Source: Clostridia bacterium (lineage in GTDB: Bacteria > Bacillota > Clostridia > TANB77 > CAG-508). Taken from it: 64,000 nt of DNA. Both the position numbers and the translations under genes were made by a program. Below, one piece after another: positions 56,362 to 64,000 of this stretch. The stretch is from the NCBI GenBank assembly GCA_017510245.1, contig JAFWNQ010000004.1:4726-68725 (forward strand), given 5' to 3'. Position 1 is the stretch's first letter, and every line of letters starts with the position of its first letter. Under the pieces are notes generated by a model. It made no database searches. It saw only the letters and a program-made list of their open reading frames with translations, and was not told the origin of the DNA.

Positions 56362-56566
56362 TAGCGATGAAGATGAAAGTAAATTTGTAAAAAGCTTATA
56401 CAGAGAGAGGTATCGTGGCTGAGAGTACCTTTAAACTTAAATTTATGAAACACATTGGAGCTAAAAAATTAAATAAGAGTGGAAAAAAAATTCAATTAGG
56501 GTGGTACCGCGGAATATGATTTATTTCGTCCCTGTAATTAGCAATAATTACGGGGGCGAATTTTTT
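56362..56566 (+). ncRNA. T-box riboswitch leader of aspS
   Basis: Stem I base AGCGATGAAGA (K-turn), AGTA S-turn element, AGAGA box, T-box AATTAGGGTGGTACCGCGG, and terminator TTCGTCCCTGTAATTA...TAATTACGGGGGCGAA plus TTTTTT. Confidence 0.88.
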
Positions 56567-56600
56567 ATATAATAGGAAAGTTCTAATTTCTTATTATATA
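56566..56600 (+). repeat. Palindromic intergenic element, copy C
   Basis: TATATAATAGGAAAG-TTCTA-ATTTCTTATTATATA differs from copy A at one base. It shares the flank CTCGATGYGA. Confidence 0.8.
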
Positions 56601-56759
56601 AAACTCGATGTGATTCATTTTTATTTAATAAAACTTAGCGAGTACGAACTTTTTAACACGGAACTTGCATTTATTCTTTTTCATTTTGAATAATGTCTGC
56701 GATTATCTAATAAAGGTTTGATTTACTATTAAATAAAATGTAAAAGGAGGGATATTAAT

Positions 56760-58511
56760 ATGAATAAGTTTAGAACATATAATTGCTCAGAAATAAGAGA
56801 AAAAAATATAGGTGAAAAGATAAAATTAGCTGGTTGGGTTGATACAATAAGAGACTTAGGAGGAATTCTTTTTATTGATTTACGTGATCAATATGGAATA
56901 ACTCAAGTAGTTTTCTCAGGTGATGAGGAAAAAGTAAATAGTGCTCAAAGAATTCCAATAGAATCAACAATAACTGTAAGTGGAGTAGTAAGACTAAGAG
57001 ATGATGAAACTATCAATAATAAAATACCAACAGGAACTGTAGAATTATTTGCAGATAATTATGAAATACTAGGAAAGAGAACAATGAGTTTACCATTTGA
57101 TATAGAAAATAACAGAAAAGTTAGAGAAGACTTAAGGTTAGAATATAGATTTTTGGATTTACGTTCAAGAAAGTCAATTGATAATCTAAAACTAAGAGCA
57201 AAACTAATTCAATATTTAAGAGAACAAATGATTGAACAAGATTTCTTAGAAGTACAAACACCAATATTAACAAGTTCGTCACCTGAAGGCGCTAGAGATT
57301 ACTTAGTCCCAAGTAGAGTATATCCGGGGAAATTTTATGCTTTACCACAAGCTCCACAACAATTTAAACAATTACTAATGGTTTCTGGCGTAGATAAATA
57401 TTTCCAAATAGCTCCATGCTTTAGAGATGAAGATGCACGTGCTGATAGATCACCAGGAGAATTTTATCAACTTGATATGGAGATGGCATTTGCTACTCAG
57501 GAAGATGTTTTTGAAGTGATGGAAAAGGTAATTTATAATACATTCAAAAAGTTTTCAAATAAGAAGGTAGACAAAGAATTTGTGAAAATACCTTATAAAG
57601 AGGCAATGCTTAAATATGGAACTGATAAACCTGATTTAAGAAATCCACTTGAAATAAAAGACGTAACTAATATTTTTGAAAAGCTAGATATAAAAGTGTT
57701 TAATAATAAAACTGTTAGAACTATTACATTACCAAATGGGGCAAATCAGCCAAGAACTTTTTATGATAGTATTACAAATTTTGCAATAGAAAAATGTAAT
57801 GCAAAGGGATTAGCTTGGCTAAAAGTTGGAAATGACAAATCATTACAAGGGCCTATTGCAAAACTAATTGATGATAAATCAAGAGAGAATTTATTAGAAC
57901 AAACTGGAACAAAACCAGGCGATAGTATTTTCTTTATTGCAGAAAGATCAGGAATGCTTGAAAAAATTGCTGGACCGGTTCGAGAAGAACTTGGAAAGAT
58001 GGCAGATTTATTAGAGAAAAACTGCTTTAAGTTTTGCTGGATAATTGATTTTCCAATGTTTGAAAAAGATGACAATGGAAAAATAAGATTCAGTCACAAT
58101 CCATTTTCAATGCCTCAAGGAGGGCTAGAAGTATTAGAAGAAAGTAACCCATTAGATGTATTGGCATATCAGTATGATATTGTATGCAATGGAATAGAAT
58201 TATCTTCTGGTGCAGTGCGAAATCATAATCCGGAAATAATGCTAAAAGCTTTTGAAATAGCAGGATACACTGAAGATGAGATTAAGCGTAGATTTTCAGC
58301 ATTATATAAAGCTTTTCACTATGGAGCACCACCACATGCTGGAATTGCACCAGGAGTTGATAGAATGTTGATGCTGTTGGCAGAAGAAGAATCTATTAGA
58401 GAGGTAATAGCATTTCCAATGAACAGTAAAGCAGAAGATTTGTTAACAGGAGCGCCTAGTGAAGTATCTGAAAAACAACTTAGAGAAGCAAACATTAAGA
58501 TTATTAAATAG
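56760..58511 (+). CDS. aspS: Aspartyl-tRNA synthetase (bacterial type)
   Basis: 583 aa with class II motifs (FYALPQAPQQFKQLLM, FRDEDARADR, GIAPGVDR) and a GAD insertion. Confidence 0.93.
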   Translation: MNKFRTYNCSEIREKNIGEKIKLAGWVDTIRDLGGILFIDLRDQYGITQVVFSGDEEKVNSAQRIPIESTITVSGVVRLRDDETINNKIPTGTVELFADNYEILGKRTMSLPFDIENNRKVREDLRLEYRFLDLRSRKSIDNLKLRAKLIQYLREQMIEQDFLEVQTPILTSSSPEGARDYLVPSRVYPGKFYALPQAPQQFKQLLMVSGVDKYFQIAPCFRDEDARADRSPGEFYQLDMEMAFATQEDVFEVMEKVIYNTFKKFSNKKVDKEFVKIPYKEAMLKYGTDKPDLRNPLEIKDVTNIFEKLDIKVFNNKTVRTITLPNGANQPRTFYDSITNFAIEKCNAKGLAWLKVGNDKSLQGPIAKLIDDKSRENLLEQTGTKPGDSIFFIAERSGMLEKIAGPVREELGKMADLLEKNCFKFCWIIDFPMFEKDDNGKIRFSHNPFSMPQGGLEVLEESNPLDVLAYQYDIVCNGIELSSGAVRNHNPEIMLKAFEIAGYTEDEIKRRFSALYKAFHYGAPPHAGIAPGVDRMLMLLAEEESIREVIAFPMNSKAEDLLTGAPSEVSEKQLREANIKIIK

Positions 58512-58595
58512 AAATATAAAAAAATCTAGTATTATTTTGTTCACTATGATAAAATATATAATATAAAAATAATTAACAATTTGATTGGAGGAATT

Positions 58596-59168
58596 ATGGC
58601 AAATTCAAAAATTATTATTGTAGAAGGACCACAAGGAGCAGGTAAAACTACAATAACAGATTATATAAGAAATATTGTTCCATATACAAATTTATATAGA
58701 TTAAGTGGGACATCAGATTCAAGTGAACAGGGAAAAATAAAAGCTATAAAAATGTATGATGATTTGATGAAGTATATAAAAAGCCTTGAAAACATGAGTA
58801 TTAATTTATTATTTGATAGAACATTTTTTACAGAAGAAATTTATTGCAGACTAGGATTTAAAGAATACTCATTTACTGACGAATATGATAAATTGCTTGA
58901 TTCACTTAGTAAAATGGATTTTTATATATATTATATAACTTTATATTTGGGAGAAACTGCCGAATATGAAAAACGATTAAAAAGAGATGGAAAAGCTGAT
59001 GTCAAATATGCAAAATTTAATATAGAAAGTAGTATAAATCAACAAAATGCATATTTGCAAATGTCTGATGAAATCGAAGAAAGATATAAAAATATTCATG
59101 TTATCAGGTATGATACTAGTAGAGATATTTCAATAACAAAAAATGAAATAAAAGAATTGTTAAAATAA
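58596..59168 (+). CDS. P-loop nucleoside/nucleotide kinase-like protein
   Basis: Walker A EGPQGAGKTT at the N-terminus, about 190 aa. Start set to ATG 58596 after GGAGG. Substrate unknown. Confidence 0.55.
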   Translation: MANSKIIIVEGPQGAGKTTITDYIRNIVPYTNLYRLSGTSDSSEQGKIKAIKMYDDLMKYIKSLENMSINLLFDRTFFTEEIYCRLGFKEYSFTDEYDKLLDSLSKMDFYIYYITLYLGETAEYEKRLKRDGKADVKYAKFNIESSINQQNAYLQMSDEIEERYKNIHVIRYDTSRDISITKNEIKELLK

Positions 59169-59221
59169 ATTTATATTATAAAAACAATACATATGAAAAC
59201 ATAAAAAAAGGGGGAATAAAA

Positions 59222-59779
59222 ATGGATGAATTAAATGATAATAATAAAAAAGATCAAGAAATTGAGAATGAAATAAATGTATTAAATCATACTACTGATA
59301 ATAGTGAATTTGAAAAAAATGCAGATTTATCTATGGTTTTAGGAATATTATCTTTAGTATTTGGTGGCATACCTATTCTAAATTTAGTTTTAGCAATAAT
59401 TGCGATAATAAAGGCTAATAGTATTCCAAAAGAACATAGAAATGGCAAAGCAATTGCAGGCATGGTTTTGGGAATTATTTCGATAATACTTTCAGTTATA
59501 TCTGTAATTTTTTTGATTATATTTTTTCTAGCATTAGGAGTTTTGGTATTTAATAGTGCATCAAAGGTAGTTGACTATAATCTAAATAATAATATGATAT
59601 CAGGATATTATGAAAATTATGATTTGGAAGAAAATGATACTATACTGGAAGAACAAAACATACTAGAAAATGAAGAAGACGTCTTAGAAGAAAATGAAAT
59701 CGAGGAAGAAATGAGTGAAGAAATGAATGAAGGCTTTACTGAAGAGGAACTTGAAGATTTTGAGGAATTAGATGAATAA
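59222..59779 (+). CDS. DUF4190-like membrane protein with an acidic C-terminal tail
   Basis: GILSLVFGGIPILNLVLAIIAII...GKAIAGMVLGIISIILSVI. Confidence 0.6.
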   Translation: MDELNDNNKKDQEIENEINVLNHTTDNSEFEKNADLSMVLGILSLVFGGIPILNLVLAIIAIIKANSIPKEHRNGKAIAGMVLGIISIILSVISVIFLIIFFLALGVLVFNSASKVVDYNLNNNMISGYYENYDLEENDTILEEQNILENEEDVLEENEIEEEMSEEMNEGFTEEELEDFEELDE

Positions 59780-59956
59780 TGTATAAAATACATAAATGGA
59801 TAAGATTAGTATTAACATAAATTTTACTATGCTTTTGCTTAATATGATTTTTATAAAAAATGAAAAATATTACCAGTGTAAAATTAAAATAAATGCACAT
59901 CATATATATTGAAAAGTAAATAGGACTTTTCAAAAATTAATTAGGAGGTGTGTATC

Positions 59957-60139
59957 ATGGCAAGCAAAAGTAACAATGTACCAGAAGCATTAAGAAAGTT
60001 TAAATATGAAGTAGCTAATGAAGTAGGTGTTTCATTAAAAGATGGATACAACGGTGATATATCAGCAAAAGATGCTGGTAAAGTTGGTGGAAACATGGTT
60101 AAGAAAATGATTCAACAAGCAGAATCACAATTAAGATAG
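59957..60139 (+). CDS. Small acid-soluble spore protein, alpha/beta type
   Basis: KFKYEVANEVGV...GGNMVKKMI signature. Start set to ATG 59957 after GGAGGTG. Confidence 0.9.
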   Translation: MASKSNNVPEALRKFKYEVANEVGVSLKDGYNGDISAKDAGKVGGNMVKKMIQQAESQLR

Positions 60140-60168
60140 TTAACACTACTAATGAATTAATATGAAAT

Positions 60169-60205
60169 AAAAACGAGGAGCGCTGTGAAGCACCCCTCGT
60201 TTTTA
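60169..60205 (+). terminator. Rho-independent terminator after the SASP gene
   Basis: ACGAGGAG...CCCCTCGT plus TTTTT. Confidence 0.75.
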
Positions 60206-60355
60206 TATAATAGTACAGATTTACTTGGAGATGTTTAATAAAGTTCTATAATAAGTTGTCATAAATGAAAAAATTTATAAAAAAGCCTTGCACAACTGTA
60301 AAATAAATGATATAATATATTAGTCTATTAGAAAACACTAAGAGGAGGTGCAAAA

Positions 60356-60754
60356 ATGCCAAATATTAAATCAGCAATAAAAAGAGTTAGAGTAGCAGAA
60401 AAGAAAACTATGAATAATAGTATAATCAAAACAAAATATAAAACAGCTATTAAGAAATATGAAACAGCAAATGCAGAAGAAAGCAAAGATGCAAGTGAAT
60501 TATTATCATTAGCAAAAAAAGCAATAGATCATGCTAGCTCTAAGGGTGTAATTTCTAAAAATGCTGCATCTAGAAAAAAATCTAGATTAGAAAAGAAATT
60601 AGCTGTAAAACCAGAAGCAAAGAAAAAAGTAGCAACAAAAAAAGCTGAGAAAAAAGAAGAACCAAAGGCTGAAGAAAAGAAAACAACAAAGACTACAGCA
60701 AAAAAGACAGCAGCAAAAACTACAACTAAAAAAGCAACAAAAAAAGAAGATTAA
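60356..60754 (+). CDS. rpsT: 30S ribosomal protein S20 with a Lys/Ala/Thr-rich C-terminal extension
   Basis: MPNIKSAIKRVRVAEKK...ASRKKSRLEKKLA core, then about 45 extra residues (KKKVATKKAEKK...TAKKTAAKTTTKKATKK). Confidence 0.9.
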   Translation: MPNIKSAIKRVRVAEKKTMNNSIIKTKYKTAIKKYETANAEESKDASELLSLAKKAIDHASSKGVISKNAASRKKSRLEKKLAVKPEAKKKVATKKAEKKEEPKAEEKKTTKTTAKKTAAKTTTKKATKKED

Positions 60755-60767
60755 TTAAATATACATA

Positions 60768-60800
60768 AAAAAAATTCTCACTGTTAAGTGAGAATTTTTT
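60768..60800. terminator. Bidirectional terminator
   Basis: AAAAAAAATTCTCAC-tgtta-aGTGAGAATTTTTT. Confidence 0.8.
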
Positions 60801-60810
60801 ATTATTGTTT

Positions 60811-61341
60811 TTATTCTTCAGGCTCCAAAATTCCGAAATTCTTTCCGTCCTTCAATTTATAAACAACATTAACCTTATTTGTATTAACATTTATAAAAGG
60901 TAAAAACTTATTTTTAACATCAGATTTTAGAATAAGCATAGCATCTTCTTCTGTAAGAGGCTTTATGCTGTAATAAATTGATTTAATAATCTCTCCTTCT
61001 TCTTCAGAATCATCATCTTTTTGAGCTTCTGTGAATTTGATTGATTCAGATTTATTTTGTTTATCTTTTTTTGCTTTTGTTTTTCTAATTTGACCTTCTA
61101 ATATTTCAATGTCTTTATCTATTGAAGCATATAAATCCTTACTTGCTGTAACAGCTTTATAAAGTTGACTTGAAACTGAAACTCTAACTTCTGCTACTTG
61201 CTTATTTCCATCCATTTTAAGGGTTGCAGTTGCTTCAAATTCATCTCCAATATATTTTGATAACTTTCCTATCTTTTCATTAATATAACTTTTTATAGCA
61301 TCTGTTAATTCAAAATCTTTTCCTGTAATATTGATATTCAT
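60811..61341 (-). CDS. hpf: Ribosome hibernation promoting factor (long form)
   Basis: MNINITGKDFELTDAIKSYI...; 176 aa with a C-terminal dimerisation domain. Confidence 0.9.
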   Translation of the reverse strand: MNINITGKDFELTDAIKSYINEKIGKLSKYIGDEFEATATLKMDGNKQVAEVRVSVSSQLYKAVTASKDLYASIDKDIEILEGQIRKTKAKKDKQNKSESIKFTEAQKDDDSEEEGEIIKSIYYSIKPLTEEDAMLILKSDVKNKFLPFINVNTNKVNVVYKLKDGKNFGILEPEE

Positions 61342-61514
61342 ATTATCACCATTCCTTTCTTTTAATTATTTTAAAAGATTTGATAAACATATTATATATG
61401 TAAAATACTTTTTTTTCAATAGATTTCATTAAATTTACTATATAAAAATCTAATTGACAGAAAACTATTTTCAATATAAAATAAAGTTATTAAATAAACT
61501 AGGAGATTTAAATA

Positions 61515-64000
61515 ATGGGATTTACTCATGAACAACAACAAGCGATAGATAAATATGGATCAAATATATTAGTATCTGCAGGTGCAGGTAGTGGAAAAAC
61601 AACTGTATTAGTAGCTAGAATTATTAACAAGATAATAAACAAAAGAATTGATATTGATAAATTGTTAGTAGTTACATTTACAAATGCTGCTGCTAGTGAG
61701 ATGAAAGAAAGACTACTAAAGGCATTATACGATGAAATAGACAAGAATCCAGAAGATGTACATATTCAAAAACAAATAAACTTAATTAATCAAGCACACA
61801 TTTCGACAATATCTTCTTTTTGCTTAGATGTTATTAGAAATAATTTTTATGAAATAGGAATTAGTGCTAATTTTAGAGTTGGGGATCCAACAGAGATTGA
61901 AATAATAAAGCAAGAATCTATAGAAGAAGTTTTTGAAAGAAACTATGAAAATCAAAGTGAAGATTTCTTAGAATTACTAGATTCATATACTACATATAAA
62001 GATGACGAGCCACTAAAACAGATAGTATTAAACTTGTTTGAATTTATAAGTAGTATTCCATATCCTGAAAATTGGTTGGAGCAAGCTGTAGAAGATTACA
62101 ACATAGAAACATTAGACTATGGAGAGACTAAATGGGGAAGAATAATTAAATCTAGATGTGAAGAAATAATAAACGACGGAGTTTTAAGCTTAGAAATTGC
62201 GAAAAATATGTTATATGGAAATACGAATCTGCAGGACTGCTATGAAATAATACAAGAGGATATAGCAGATCTAAAGAGTATAAAATTTGATACATGGGAT
62301 TTGGCATATAGAAACATTAATTCAAAAGAATGGAAACCTTGGTCAAGAAGAAGAAAATATGAGGAAGATGAAAAAGAATTAAAAGACAAAGCGAAAGAAA
62401 TAAGAGACGAAGTTAAAGGTAATTTTATAAAAAAAGTATCAAGTCTATTTGAATTTTCCTCAAGTGAAGCAATAGAAGATGTAAAAGAGATGTATAGTGT
62501 GCTAAAAAAACTACAAAGCCTACTAATAGAGTTTGAAGAAGAATTCTCAAAAAGAAAAAAAGAAAGAAATATTGTGGATTTTTCAGATATAGAACATATG
62601 GCATTAAATATTCTTATTGATAAAGATGGAAAAAAATCTTTAATAGCAAAAAACTATGAGTTTGATGAAATACTAGTTGATGAATATCAAGATAGTAATT
62701 TGATTCAAGAAAGTATTTTAAATGCTGTATCAAGTGGAAAAAATATTTTTATGGTTGGAGACGTTAAGCAAAGTATTTATAGGTTTAGGCAGGCAAGACC
62801 AGAATTATTTATAGAAAAATATGATAAATATATATTAGCAGGTGATGAAGATAACCTTGGTGAGGACATAAAAATTCAACTATACAAAAACTTTAGAAGT
62901 AGAGAAGAAGTATTAAATATTACTAATACAGTTTTTCAAAATATTATGAGCAAAAGACTTGGAGAAATAGAATATGATAAGAATGAGTATTTAAATCAAG
63001 AGGGGAAGTTTGATAAACCTAGATTTGATTGTAAACCAGAATTATATATTATAGATAAAAAGGATGAAAATGAAGAAGAGTTAGATTCTGAAAATTTGGA
63101 AATTTTAGATAATGCAACATTAGAAGCAAGGTTAGTATGCAAAAAGATTAAAGAGCTACATAATCAAAAAGTAGACTATAAAGACATTGCAATTCTACTA
63201 AGGAGTCCAGGAAATGTAGCAAATATATATGAAAAAGAGTTAACAGAAGCGGGAATACCTGTTTTTTCCGATGCTACATCTGAATATTTAGAATCAATAG
63301 AAATAGATACAATTTTATCCTTATTAAAGGTAATAGATAATCCTTTACAGGATATCCCATTGGTTACTGTTCTTAGATCTCCTATAGGTGGATTTGATGA
63401 TAATGAACTGATTGAAATAAGGCTTTGTAAGAGAGAAGGAAACTATTACTATGCTTTACTAGAAGCTTCAAAAAGGAGTGATTTACTTTCTAATAAAATA
63501 AAAGCTTTTTTAGAATTTTTAAAATCTATGAAAGAACAAGAAAATCAATTGCCTCTTGATGAATTAATATGGAAAGTATATTCTGATACAGGGTATTATC
63601 ACTATGTAAGATTAATGCCTAATGGAAAGTTAAGACAAGCAAATCTAAGAAAACTTTTTGAAAAAGCAAAAGATTATGAGAAAATTAGTTTTAAGGGGTT
63701 ATTTAATTTTATTACTTTTATTGAAAAAGTTGCTGCAAAAAGTTCAAATAACATGATGGCTGCAAAAATAATTGGAGAGAATGATGATGTTGTAAGAATA
63801 ATGAGTATTCACAAGAGTAAAGGACTTGAATTTCCAATAGTAATACTTTGTGGAGTTGAAAAAAAATTCAATGAACAAGATATGAAAGAAAAGATAATTT
63901 ATGACCAAGATATTGGAATAGGAGTCAATTACATTAAAAATAGAATAGAGTATTCAACATTAACAAAAGAAGCTATAAATATCAAAGCAAAAAAAGAAAC
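61515..64000 (+). CDS. addA: ATP-dependent helicase/nuclease AddA (partial, continues past the window end)
   Basis: FTHEQQQAI, SAGAGSGKTTVL, FTNAAASEMKERL, DEYQDSN, VGDVKQSIYRFRQARPELF. No stop before position 64000. Confidence 0.85.
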   Translation, partial: MGFTHEQQQAIDKYGSNILVSAGAGSGKTTVLVARIINKIINKRIDIDKLLVVTFTNAAASEMKERLLKALYDEIDKNPEDVHIQKQINLINQAHISTISSFCLDVIRNNFYEIGISANFRVGDPTEIEIIKQESIEEVFERNYENQSEDFLELLDSYTTYKDDEPLKQIVLNLFEFISSIPYPENWLEQAVEDYNIETLDYGETKWGRIIKSRCEEIINDGVLSLEIAKNMLYGNTNLQDCYEIIQEDIADLKSIKFDTWDLAYRNINSKEWKPWSRRRKYEEDEKELKDKAKEIRDEVKGNFIKKVSSLFEFSSSEAIEDVKEMYSVLKKLQSLLIEFEEEFSKRKKERNIVDFSDIEHMALNILIDKDGKKSLIAKNYEFDEILVDEYQDSNLIQESILNAVSSGKNIFMVGDVKQSIYRFRQARPELFIEKYDKYILAGDEDNLGEDIKIQLYKNFRSREEVLNITNTVFQNIMSKRLGEIEYDKNEYLNQEGKFDKPRFDCKPELYIIDKKDENEEELDSENLEILDNATLEARLVCKKIKELHNQKVDYKDIAILLRSPGNVANIYEKELTEAGIPVFSDATSEYLESIEIDTILSLLKVIDNPLQDIPLVTVLRSPIGGFDDNELIEIRLCKREGNYYYALLEASKRSDLLSNKIKAFLEFLKSMKEQENQLPLDELIWKVYSDTGYYHYVRLMPNGKLRQANLRKLFEKAKDYEKISFKGLFNFITFIEKVAAKSSNNMMAAKIIGENDDVVRIMSIHKSKGLEFPIVILCGVEKKFNEQDMKEKIIYDQDIGIGVNYIKNRIEYSTLTKEAINIKAKKE

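Noticed and set aside
59780-59956. Sigma-G promoter upstream of the SASP gene, and sigma-H or sigma-E promoters upstream of spoIIAA and spoVM
   Set aside because: I could not find hexamers matching the consensus at correct spacing with enough confidence, so none is called.
1-64000. CRISPR arrays, IS elements or transposases, integrases, prophage genes, restriction-modification or other named defence systems, and rRNA genes
   Set aside because: I looked for regularly spaced direct repeats, for DDE, serine or tyrosine recombinase-like ORFs, and for rRNA-like sequence, and found none. The only repeats are the short palindromic elements reported above.
61515-64000. addA lacking an upstream addB as an anomaly
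   Set aside because: The window ends inside addA, so addB could lie downstream or elsewhere. This cannot be evaluated from this window.

Overview
This is an AT-rich chromosomal window from an endospore-forming, low-GC Firmicute (Clostridia-like). I cannot name the organism from sequence alone. Most of it is core housekeeping:
- Ribosomal and translation genes: rpsF-ssb-rpsR, infC-rpmI-rplT, rplM-rpsI, rpmB, rpsT, hpf, valS, aspS, and def plus fmt.
- Replication and repair genes: priA, rnhB, scpB, and the start of addA.
- Sporulation genes scattered throughout: spoIIAA-spoIIAB-sigF, spoIID, a SpoIIQ-like M23 protein, a SipL-like DUF3794/LysM protein, dpaA, spoIIID, an unannotated 26-codon spoVM, a GH18 cortex or coat hydrolase, and an alpha/beta SASP.

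I saw no CRISPR array, transposase, integrase, rRNA or recognisable defence gene.

The parts that deserve a second look are:
1. A complete type IV filament locus (37.7-47.0 kb). Its prepilin-like substrates share an unusual KG|I signal. The putative major pilin is only 74 aa and lacks Glu+5, and the PilD has no GxGD motif.
2. An ATP-cone/NrdD-fold protein that appears to lack both active-site cysteines and the glycyl-radical tail. It sits behind a leader with two mutually exclusive helices.
3. A small accessory-looking block around the single tRNA-Leu(UAA): two tandem XRE paralogs and an unrecognisable 427-aa single-pass membrane protein with no promoter of its own.
4. A family of 34-35 nt palindromic elements placed directly after + strand terminators, one of them inserted between a T-box and aspS.
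5. An aspS T-box whose specifier position reads AAC (Asn) rather than Asp.
6. An fmt gene interrupted by an in-frame TAA in the inter-domain linker.

Functional calls come from motifs I recognised in the supplied translations. No database search was run.
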